A stretch of DNA of 64,000 nt. It comes from Candidatus Latescibacterota bacterium (GTDB taxonomy: Bacteria > Latescibacterota > UBA2968 > UBA8231). The stretch covers positions 5,638,198 through 5,702,197 of the forward strand of contig CBDETY010000003.1 of NCBI GenBank assembly GCA_965243025.1, read 5' to 3'. A program made the position numbers and the translations under genes. The notes under the pieces are model-generated. The model did not search any database, had not been told where the DNA came from, and saw only the letters and a list, made by a program, of their open reading frames with translations. Within the stretch, counting starts at the first letter, position 1; each line of letters begins with the position of its first letter. Positions 55,743 to 63,755 of the stretch are shown piece by piece.

Positions 55743-56711
55743 CTACCTGTAGCCGTCAGCAACCAACCCGGAAATGCGGTCGACATTCGCTGCGTCGATG
55801 GCGAACGGACCGGTGAGCACATCCTGCGCGAGGGTAAGGCCGTAGGCGTTGTTCAGGTAAAGAAAGGAAACGGTCAGGTAGCCCTGCAGATAGGGCTGTT
55901 GATCGACAGCCTGGACCGTGTATCCGCCGCGGATGTGGTCGAATATGGCGGTGCTCGTGTCGTGGGTGACGTGCAGGATTTCGCCGGCTTCCTTTCCCTC
56001 TTCCTCCAGAAAGAGATAGAAGGCATCGGCCGGCAGCGGTCCGAGGGTGGCGATGGCGTTGGTTTCGGGGTGGCCGAGGAAGTAGTCGCGCAACAGGCCC
56101 GAGGACTGCTCGACATCGTTGGATATGGTCAGGCCGTCGACGGTGATTCCCCTTTCCTCGAGAATGCTCGAGAATCCGGCGAACCGCGCTTCGAGCCCGC
56201 TGTGTCCGAGCTCCTGTATGGGACATACGGCGCGCCGCACCGCGACCCCGCGTTTCTCCGCCTCGGCGAGAACGGCTCTCGCATTGGATTGGCCGCCGAG
56301 GTACTCGCTGGCGCCGACGTAGAACTGCGTGGGCAGCGCGTTTTCGGTTCCGGCATTGGGGTCCGCCGTGTTGAGCACGATAACGGGGATGCCCGCCGCG
56401 TGCGCGCGCTCGACGCTCTCGCGGATCGCCTCCGGGTCCGGGCAGGTAATCCCGATGCCCTTGACCTTGTTGGCGATGGCGTCGTCGAGAAAATCGGTCA
56501 TGTCCTCGATCGAAAAGGTGGGATTGCTCAGCCATTGCACGTCGACGCCATACCGTTCGGCCGCGTCTTCCATGCCCTTGATCACCACGTTCCAGAACGG
56601 ATTCCCGGGCCCGCCATGGGTGACGAAAGCGAACTTGTAGCGCTCCTGGGCAACTGCGGAGTGCAGGCAAGCGAATACCAGGAATAGGGCGGGAATACAG
56701 CGGAAAATCAT
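55743..56711 (-). CDS. sugar ABC transporter periplasmic substrate-binding protein (PBP1/RbsB-like)
   Basis: Signal peptide MIFRCIPALFLVFACLHSAVA. Mature start ERYKFAFVTHGGPGNPFW. AGGAG RBS before ATG 56711. Confidence 0.85.
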   Translation of the reverse strand: MIFRCIPALFLVFACLHSAVAQERYKFAFVTHGGPGNPFWNVVIKGMEDAAERYGVDVQWLSNPTFSIEDMTDFLDDAIANKVKGIGITCPDPEAIRESVERAHAAGIPVIVLNTADPNAGTENALPTQFYVGASEYLGGQSNARAVLAEAEKRGVAVRRAVCPIQELGHSGLEARFAGFSSILEERGITVDGLTISNDVEQSSGLLRDYFLGHPETNAIATLGPLPADAFYLFLEEEGKEAGEILHVTHDTSTAIFDHIRGGYTVQAVDQQPYLQGYLTVSFLYLNNAYGLTLAQDVLTGPFAIDAANVDRISGLVADGYR

Positions 56712-56895
56712 TGGGAACTCCTGTTTTCGAGATGATGGCTCGCAAGCTAAGCAGCCCAAAAAGACCAAGTCAATCTTGCACGCCTGGAGGGTCGATCCGG
56801 GATGATGGGGGCAAATAGGTGCTTGTCAGCGGTCCCCATCCTTCAGTTTTTCCCGAGCGGGAAAGAAGACCGGACATAACAAGGAGCAAAGACAA

Positions 56896-58125
56896 TTGAA
56901 AGCCCGACCTGACCTCGTCCCCGAGACCGAGCGGGACAATCTGGAAGTCATTCAGCTCACCGACGAGCCGATCCCCTCGTCGCATGTGTACATGGAGGCG
57001 CAGATCTTCACGCCCGATTCGCGGCGGCTGATCCTCCACCGCTCGGCGCACCCGCACGGCTCCGATCCGCGGGACCCGGAGCACCAGTTTCTGATCTGCG
57101 ACCTGGAAGACGACTGCAGCCTGACGCCGATCACCACCGAGCCTGGAACGACGGGGCCGTCCGTCTCACCGGACGGCGGCTGCCTGTACTACTTCGTCGA
57201 TGAAACAGAGCCCGGAAAGGACGGACGACTGACGCTGAAGCGGGTCGGGCTGGACGGGTCTGACCGCGAGACCGTCTACGTCCTGGATCACGCGATTCCG
57301 GGGACCGGTTTCAGGCTGAGCCGGCCGTATCCGCTTTCGACGATTTCATCCGATGGCCGGCGCATCGCCATCTCCGGATTCCTCGGGGACGGCAACAGCG
57401 CCGGGGCGCCCTGGGGCCTGATCGTCTTCGAGATCGAAGAGCCCTCCGTGCGGCTGGTCTTTCACGGTCCCAGCTGGTGCAACATTCACCCGCAGTACAC
57501 GCGCGAGACGGACCCGGCGGCTGCCCACGACATCATGATCCAGGAAAACCACGGGAACACCGTTTCAGCCGACGGCAGGCTGGAACAGCTCGTCAGCGGG
57601 CGGGGCGCGGACATCCACCTGATCCGGGACGACGGCACGGACCTGCGCGACTTCCCCTGGGGCAGGGACGGGAACGAGTCCTGTCAGGGGCATCAGTGCT
57701 GGCAGGGGAGGAGCGACATTGCCATCACCAGCACCATTACGCGCGAACCGGACGAAAGACAGCTCATCTCGGGCAGGGAGGCAGCGCACGCCGGCGACGA
57801 AGGCATCAACACCCCCGGCGGCTGGCGCAACGACCTGTCCCGCTCCTTTGACGGGCCCGATTTCTGGCATTTCGCGACGGACATTGACGGGACCCGCCTG
57901 ATCACGGACGCGGGTCCGAAAGACGGGGGCGGCGCGGTCTGGCTGTTCGACCTTCCCGGGGAAGAGGAAGGCGCCCTCGCGAATACGCGGAAGGTCGCAA
58001 ACCCCGGATCGTCCTGGCAGAAGGACACCCACATCCATCCCTTCCTCTCGCCGGACGGAGGTTCGGGCTTCTTCAACTCAGATGAAAGCGGGGTGCTGCA
58101 GGCCTACATGGTGCGCGGCTGGTAA
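56896..58125 (+). CDS. TolB-like beta-propeller protein (oligogalacturonate-lyase/PL22-like)
   Basis: Pattern VIQLTDEP...HVYMEAQIFTPDSRRLIL...LICDL...TPIT...SVSPDGGCLYYFVDE plus a C-terminal HPFLSPDG. AAGGAG lies before TTG 56896. The functional call is tentative. Confidence 0.5.
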   Translation: MKARPDLVPETERDNLEVIQLTDEPIPSSHVYMEAQIFTPDSRRLILHRSAHPHGSDPRDPEHQFLICDLEDDCSLTPITTEPGTTGPSVSPDGGCLYYFVDETEPGKDGRLTLKRVGLDGSDRETVYVLDHAIPGTGFRLSRPYPLSTISSDGRRIAISGFLGDGNSAGAPWGLIVFEIEEPSVRLVFHGPSWCNIHPQYTRETDPAAAHDIMIQENHGNTVSADGRLEQLVSGRGADIHLIRDDGTDLRDFPWGRDGNESCQGHQCWQGRSDIAITSTITREPDERQLISGREAAHAGDEGINTPGGWRNDLSRSFDGPDFWHFATDIDGTRLITDAGPKDGGGAVWLFDLPGEEEGALANTRKVANPGSSWQKDTHIHPFLSPDGGSGFFNSDESGVLQAYMVRGW

Positions 58126-58149
58126 GTGACGTAAGTGCCCGTCCGAAGG

Positions 58150-59103
58150 TTACCGTAAGAAGCTGGCCTTGATGCGCGCCCACGAGTCGGTTGCGACCGC
58201 ACTGTCGCCGCTGTCGATGCCGCCGGCCGGAAGCAGGATCCCATCCATCAGGAGTTCGCCTTCGCCGACTGCAAATTCGTGAGCCGTCATCCCGAAGTAG
58301 TCGCCGAGGGCGTACCACTTGTCCGCCCTGTTTCCACCCGGCTCATCGAAATCGCTCACGGTCGCTCGAAACCCGACAATCCGTCCCTCAGCCAGGTCCG
58401 ATACCAGGCTTTTTTCGGGTTCCTTCCTGAGCAGCAGGTCGAACGGGGTGACGTAGAACTCGGTGACCCAGACCACGGGATTCTCTCCAGCGACCGAGCC
58501 CCCACCGTTTCCGTATGGTGGGTACCCCCACCAGCTTTCCCCACTTTCGAACCATGTCTCCAAATGACCCAGGCCAACGTGCGAGGTATCCATGCGCAGC
58601 GGTACGGCGAGGTACAATTGTGCTCCTTGATCCAAAAGTCCTGAATCGTCATTCGCCGTATCGAAAACGAAGTCGTTACCCCATGCGATCGAACCGTCAT
58701 GGTCGCCGTCGATCTCGATACCAACGTGGTCCTCTCCCCCCCGCTCCAGATGCTGGAAGGATCTTTCCTCCTCACCGATGTAGACGTCGTCGATGCAGAT
58801 GGCGCCCATAAAAATGCGTTCGGAATCCCCGTCCCAGCCGAGCCAGATGCGAAAGTCGAGGTCGGACGGGTTGTAATCCATGCTCTCCCCACCACCCTGG
58901 TGAGAGGTGAAACCGGTGAAATCCAGGCTCGTGAGAGATGGCCCTCCGAAATGTTCTTCCCAGTCTTCAATGGATCCATCGGTCACGTCGATAGCGGCCT
59001 CTTCGGTTATCTCGTAGAACGGAAATACCCGGTCGCCGGCATGCCCGAGGACGGGGTCCAGGTCGAACAAAGCGATCACCGCTGAAAGAAGGATCACATG
59101 CAT
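58150..59103 (-). CDS. CBM9/DOMON-like secreted protein, paralog B
   Basis: 317 aa with a short signal-like N-terminus MHVILLSAVIALF. It shares the motifs of 16233-17186 and ends SWARIKASFLR. Confidence 0.75.
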   Translation of the reverse strand: MHVILLSAVIALFDLDPVLGHAGDRVFPFYEITEEAAIDVTDGSIEDWEEHFGGPSLTSLDFTGFTSHQGGGESMDYNPSDLDFRIWLGWDGDSERIFMGAICIDDVYIGEEERSFQHLERGGEDHVGIEIDGDHDGSIAWGNDFVFDTANDDSGLLDQGAQLYLAVPLRMDTSHVGLGHLETWFESGESWWGYPPYGNGGGSVAGENPVVWVTEFYVTPFDLLLRKEPEKSLVSDLAEGRIVGFRATVSDFDEPGGNRADKWYALGDYFGMTAHEFAVGEGELLMDGILLPAGGIDSGDSAVATDSWARIKASFLR

Positions 59104-59120
59104 GACAACTTCCTATTTGT

Positions 59121-59534
59121 CTAGCAGTGTATCCCGTCCAGCTCGGGCAAGAGCTTGACGCTCTCCTGTTCGTTGGGGTCCGTCCGGGCGATCACGGCAG
59201 TGCAGGTATCGGTCTCGCTGGGATTGTATGGGAGGTGAGGGATGCCGGCGGGGATGTAGAGGAAGTCGCCGCTGTCGATGTCCACATGTTCTTCCAGGCT
59301 CTCGCCGTACCACATACCAGCTTTGCCGCTGATGATGTAAATGGCTGTCTCGTGGTCTTCGTGCAGGTGCGCCCTGGCTCGTTCTTTGGGAGGCAGGTTC
59401 AGCAGGTGCATGCAGATCCCCCGCGAGCCGGTGTTCTCCGCGGCGACCCCCGCAACATAGGTGAGTGCCTGTTTGCCTTCGTAGGATTCCCGGGGGCGAA
59501 TCACTTTGCAGGTTGGTTTCGGGTGCTCTGCCAT
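59121..59534 (-). CDS. cupin-domain protein
   Basis: Cupin motifs AHLHEDHETAIYIISG and DFLYIPAGIPH. GGAGGAAACA precedes ATG 59534. The frame stays open to ATG 59591. Confidence 0.8.
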   Translation of the reverse strand: MAEHPKPTCKVIRPRESYEGKQALTYVAGVAAENTGSRGICMHLLNLPPKERARAHLHEDHETAIYIISGKAGMWYGESLEEHVDIDSGDFLYIPAGIPHLPYNPSETDTCTAVIARTDPNEQESVKLLPELDGIHC

Positions 59535-59590
59535 TGTTTCCTCCGTGATTTTACAGACCCAGGGCGTCAGTCCGTCGAGCAGGTACAGCA

Positions 59591-59839
59591 TCAGCCGGAG
59601 AGGTCGACTTCGCGGATACCGCCTTCGATCCTTGCGAAGTCCTCGTCATCACCCACGTCGGGCATCGCTCTCAGGTACTGCTCGAACGACATCTTCGACG
59701 ACTCGGCCCCGGTGCCGAGGAGGGCCTCGCGCAGAATCGCACGGTGCTCTTCCTCGGCGGAGCGACCCTTCCGGCCGGCGCGCTCCTTGAGCCGGGCGAC
59801 GACCTCCGGTTCCAGCTTCCTGACGATCAGCTGTGCCAT
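59591..59839 (-). CDS. ribbon-helix-helix antitoxin (FitA/VapB-type)
   Basis: MAQLIVRKLEPEVVARLKERAGRKGRSAEEEHRAILREALL is the classic FitA-like RHH N-terminus. Confidence 0.8.
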   Translation of the reverse strand: MAQLIVRKLEPEVVARLKERAGRKGRSAEEEHRAILREALLGTGAESSKMSFEQYLRAMPDVGDDEDFARIEGGIREVDLSG

Positions 59840-60282
59840 GCGTGCGAATATGATAGCATTGAATCACCGGTCAACCGCCGGAATGGCCACTGCGGAAACC
59901 TCCAGCTTCTGCGGCTCGAGCGCGCGACCCGTTGACCAGGGAGGGCGGTCCCGTTGAAGAGCGAGTTGAGCTTCCGTGCCGGGTGCCCGCCATCGACGCC
60001 AATGTCGGCGCCGGTCACTCCCATCTGCGGCAGGCCCCGTCGACACTCCGGAGGAGCTGCGGGCAAAGCTCGGCCGCCACGGCGTCGAGCGGGGGTCATT
60101 TTCCTACCTTCTTGGTGGGTTGGTGGCAATCACACTTCTGCGTACTTCTCTAACTATCTCGCAGGCCGAGAAGGCTGAGCTCGCAGCCGAAGTCGGCGGT
60201 CACAACAAAAGGTCAGGTCCATGAAGCTCGGAGAATACAGCCTGGTTGACGACACCGAGTTGCGATTGGTGATCTGGGCGGC

Positions 60283-60720
60283 ATGAAGCTCTCTACCATC
60301 GGCTTCACCAGGAAGCCTGCCGGCCGATTTTTCGAACTACTCCGTCAATCGGGCGCCAGACGCGTCGTCGACGTACGGCTCAACAATGGGTCGCAGCTCG
60401 CCGGTTTCACCAAGAAGGACGACCTCCCCTACTTTCTCGATAAGCTTTGCGGCATGGAGTACGTCCACCTTCCCGCGCTGGCCCCGACGAAGGTAATTCT
60501 CGACGACTTCAAAAAGCGGAAGGGCGACTGGAAGACCTACGAGGATCGCTTCCTCGCCCTGATGCGGGAGCGGCGGATCGAGGAGACGGTCCCCAGGGAG
60601 ATCGTCGCGGACAGTTGCCTCCTGTGCAGCGAAGACAAGCCCCACCACTGCCACCGGCGTCTCGTCGCGGAGTACCTGGACCAGCATTGGGGCGGCGTCG
60701 AGATCTCCCATCTCGGATAG
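60283..60720 (+). CDS. DUF488-family protein
   Basis: LSTIGFT...VVDVRLNN...CSEDKPHHCHRRLVAEYL. Confidence 0.8.
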   Translation: MKLSTIGFTRKPAGRFFELLRQSGARRVVDVRLNNGSQLAGFTKKDDLPYFLDKLCGMEYVHLPALAPTKVILDDFKKRKGDWKTYEDRFLALMRERRIEETVPREIVADSCLLCSEDKPHHCHRRLVAEYLDQHWGGVEISHLG

Positions 60721-60729
60721 AGGCATGGC

Positions 60730-61056
60730 ATGAATAAACCGGCCGTTGAGACTTTCATTCCGACCATGGTGGACCGCATCGTGGAGGGCTTCCAGCCTGC
60801 ACGGATCGTCCTCTTCGGGTCCCATGCACGAGGCTCGGCAACCGAGTGGAGTGACGTGGACTTGCTCGTGATTCTGCCCAACGTGTCTGACAAGCGGGAC
60901 ACGGCAATCGAGATCCGCAGGACCTTGGGGGATCTACCGGTCTGCAAGGACATCGTGGTAGCGACTCCCGAGGAAGTCACCCGCCGGGGCCACATTGCCG
61001 GCACCGTGTTGCGTTCAGCACTTCGTGAAGGCCGGGTCGTTTATGAACGACCCTGA
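60730..61056 (+). CDS. nucleotidyltransferase (MNT, HEPN/MNT-type antitoxin-like)
   Basis: IVLFGSHARGSATEWSDVDLLVI (the GS...D.D motif). Confidence 0.8.
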   Translation: MNKPAVETFIPTMVDRIVEGFQPARIVLFGSHARGSATEWSDVDLLVILPNVSDKRDTAIEIRRTLGDLPVCKDIVVATPEEVTRRGHIAGTVLRSALREGRVVYERP

Positions 61057-61090
61057 AACCGTAAATGCAATTCGCCGCTGGCTTCGATAC
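61043..61090 (+). pseudogene. vestigial 5' end of a HEPN toxin gene
   Basis: ATG 61043 overlaps the MNT gene end by 14 nt and encodes MNDPETVNAIRRWLRY, a typical HEPN helix-1 start. The sequence then loses all HEPN character. Confidence 0.45.
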
Positions 61091-61178
61091 CCAGGGGGTT
61101 TACGACTCGATAGGTCCGGAGTCCGCAGCGTACAGACGCTGAATAAGGGTCGAAGGCCCCACACAAGAGAACAAGCAA

Positions 61179-61754
61179 ATGGCAATCACAAACCACGAGC
61201 GCGTCGGCAAGGGGATGGAATCGCTCCGGCAGGGCTAGCCCCGTTCGTCGAACGCGAGCTGCACCACAGGATCGAAACCGGGGCCGTCCACATGGAGTGC
61301 TCCGCCGCTTCGAAATCGACAAGCCCTACGAGTGGGACGCCGCCGCCCTTCTCCGGCTGATGTGGGAAACCTGGAACGACGGCTACCGCGACATCCTCGG
61401 TGCCACGTAGCTCAGCATGGTCAATGAGCTGCGCGTCTGGCGCAACAAGGGGGCGCACCAGGGGTCCTTCTCCAGTGACGACGCCGACCGCGCCCTCGAC
61501 TCGGTCGAGGGGCTGCTCAAGGCGGTTTCCGCGCCCCAGGCGGCAGAGGTCGCCGCGATGAAAATGGAACTGCGCCGGCGGGTGTTCGAAGAGCAGGCGC
61601 GCGGAGAACGTCGCAAGGCGGCCGGCAGTCTTGTCGAAGCCGTGAGCGATGGGGACTCAAGCCCTGGCGCGTGGTGGTGACTCCTCACGCCGACGTGGAC
61701 AGCGGCCGCTACCAGCATGCGGAGTTCGCCGCAGACCTGTGGCAGGTTCACTAA
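61179..61754 (+). pseudogene. disrupted, 3'-truncated N-terminus of a Swt1-like-HEPN/DUF499-type defence ATPase
   Basis: The pieces lie in three frames. They read MAITNHERVGKGMESLRQG | LAPFVERELHH | RFEIDKPYEWDAAALLRLMWETWNDGYRDILGAT(TAG 61408)[64 protein letters not shown] | [32 protein letters not shown](TAA). The Rx4H HEPN motif RNKGAH is present. Confidence 0.65.
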
Positions 61755-61924
61755 CTTATGCTGAGGGTGCCCCGTACCCTCAGACGTGATCGGTCACGTT
61801 TTCCAAGGACCTTGATATGCGCCGCCCCCGCATGCGATTTGGCCCACGGTCAGCAGTGCGTTCCGACATATCTTGGAGGAGGCGGGGGCGAAGATCCCCT
61901 TCATCCCCTCACGGGAGGACTTTC

Positions 61925-62934
61925 ATGGACCGCCTTCTTTTTTTGGGGCCCTTGCGATGGGCCTGAGTGCCTGCAGGGAACCTATTGACACGGTCCCTCG
62001 TGCCTTGATGCTCGAACAGCATGGTTTGGTCGAGGAGGCGAAAGGCATGTTTATAGAGATCGTCCACAGCGACGCCCATGATTCAAGCAAGGCGACATCC
62101 CTCTACCACCTCGGCTTAATCGCCTTCAATGAGAAGCGCCTTCAGGCTGCCCTTAATACGTGGAACAGTCTAACAGATCTATATCCCTCGTCTACCGAAG
62201 CCGAGCTGGTCTCCGAGCAGATGGACTACTTGGTTCGGGAAATCGCCCACCTGTCCAGCGACCTCGTCAGCGATGTCACGGCAAGGTTGTATTTTGAAGC
62301 ATGCCGAATTCTGGTCAGGCGACATTAAAATGCCCACCTGGTCAATCGACACGAGCAATTTGGACCCAATCAATTTGGCTTGCGACTGGTATGACAAGGC
62401 TATCAGGGAGTTTCCCCAAACCGACGTGGCGAGGAAAGCACACATCGAGAAATTCAGAACGATCCTGGGGAAAGAGGGGATCAAACTCTCGTTCGGCCGG
62501 TACATCGACCCTCTACTGACAGCATACCATGAATTCGAGAAGGCGTTTCCCGACGATGACAATTTGCCGGCCATGAAATACCAGATTGCCCAGGTATACT
62601 GGAGGCAAGGAATTGGCCACCTACGCCTGTCGGAAGTCCAAAAAACCATTGCGGAAGGGAGGGAATACGATGCGAAACGTGAAAAAGAATTCGCTGACCA
62701 CCCCTCTTTTCTGGCCATTCAAAATGGTCGGAAGATTCCCTGGAAAGAGCCAAGGAGTACGCAGCCAAAGCTAGTAAGAGCCTGAACGACGCAAGAAGGT
62801 CGGAAAAGACATTCAAACAACATATGATGAAAGCCAAGGAGAGGTTGAACTTGATTATCGAAGGGGGAGATTCAAATTCTTTCTACACGAGACTCGCCAC
62901 AGCTCGCCTGAACGAAATCCTTTCGCAGGAATAA
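61925..62934 (+). pseudogene. TPR/BamD-like lipoprotein gene interrupted by three frameshifts (or sequence errors)
   Basis: ATG 61925 followed by a T7 run (61938-61944). With one more T it would read MDRLLFFGALAMGLSAC, a signal peptide plus lipobox. The frame changes again near 62300 (ARLYFE | HAEFWSGD) and near 62735 (FLAIQNGRK | LERAKEYAAKASKSLNDARR...LSQE stop 62934). G+C is lower than the contig average. Confidence 0.5.
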
Positions 62935-63509
62935 CCAACTCCCTGCTTGAACGACAGTGTATCCGGGGTACAAGTCGCATGGCTATTCTCCTCCTTGACG
63001 TTTATGCGATGGAACCACGAATACCGACTTGTTTGTATGGAAACTCGAGATGGATTTCCTTCAGGTCAGTCCTGCTGTGTTGGTGTGGCGTGCTCGATCA
63101 GCTTGATAGTCAGGTGCAGGAAAGGTTCCGAACATCAACAGCACCAGGATCACCGGCATCAAGCATAGGGTCGGTATCACCGCACATCAGCCATCACCCA
63201 CTTCGTTACCGGCCAAGACAGCGCCAGGATGTTCCAAGCGAGGCCGCGTTGCTTTAGGTAGATGAATGAGGGTCGTTTGAAGATCCTTCGGAAGAACTCG
63301 TAGAACCCTTTTTGGATTTCTCTCGCCCCGTATCCGGTTCAAACCGGGACCTGAGGGACTGTTGATTGCACGCGCACCCGTACGGCGGAACCCGAATGCG
63401 CGTCGAGGATACAGGTTGGTCGACACCCGGGTAGACCCCTACGGAGTCCTTGCATTCCCGGAACTTCCGCTGCACCTTGGGGACCGACCTTAGCAAGCAA
63501 AGACCATGG

Positions 63510-63523
63510 GTGTAGGCCTACAC
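63510..63523. promoter_or_regulatory. perfect 14-bp palindrome GTGTAGGCCTACAC upstream of a small ORF
   Basis: Exact dyad symmetry 29 nt upstream of ATG 63552. Operator-like, but no supporting context. Confidence 0.25.
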
Positions 63524-63551
63524 TCAGTAAGTAACCTGGGGCAACTACGAA

Positions 63552-63755
63552 ATGGGCAAGCTATCAGGCCTTGACTGGCTGAAACTACATCAATCCCGAC
63601 CAAGGCGGGGGCATTATCAACAACGTGAACTTTTGGGCGGAAGAGAACGGGTATCCGCGCAATATCATCGACCTCGAAAACGCATCGTGACGGTCAATGT
63701 CGAGACGATTCGCATGGTGTGGGAGCAGCCGGAGCTGCGGGTGGAAGAGGTATGA
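63552..63755 (+). CDS. hypothetical small protein (67 aa)
   Basis: The ORF stop overlaps the next ATG (ATGA at 63753-63756). No recognisable RBS or family. Confidence 0.3.
   Translation: MGKLSGLDWLKLHQSRPRRGHYQQRELLGGRERVSAQYHRPRKRIVTVNVETIRMVWEQPELRVEEV

Noticed and set aside
60222-60287. 21-codon upstream ORF (MKLGEYSLVDDTELRLVIWAA) overlapping the DUF488 start as ATGA and sharing its first 9 nt
   Set aside because: It is too short to support. It may be a leader peptide or a partial duplication of the gene start, and no further evidence is available.
62855-63180. Minus-strand mini-ORFs: a 41-codon ORF with a strong AAGGAGGAG SD (ATG 62980) and a 39-codon hydrophobic ORF (63061-63180)
   Set aside because: The first is Arg/Cys-rich and antisense to the lipoprotein pseudogene tail. 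The second has no RBS and is more simply a fragment of a decayed membrane-protein gene. Neither is supportable as a gene.
63330-63352. tRNA T-arm-like hairpin CCGG-TTCAAA-CCGG
   Set aside because: The loop is 6 nt rather than 7 nt. No matching acceptor stem, D-arm or anticodon arm can be built from the flanks.
62935-63551. Possibility of a group II intron, retron or IS end
   Set aside because: No GUGCG 5' end with a matching domain V (the CCGTACGG-containing stem does not fit the domain V consensus). There is no reverse transcriptase or transposase ORF and no terminal inverted repeats. It is kept only as an unassigned region.
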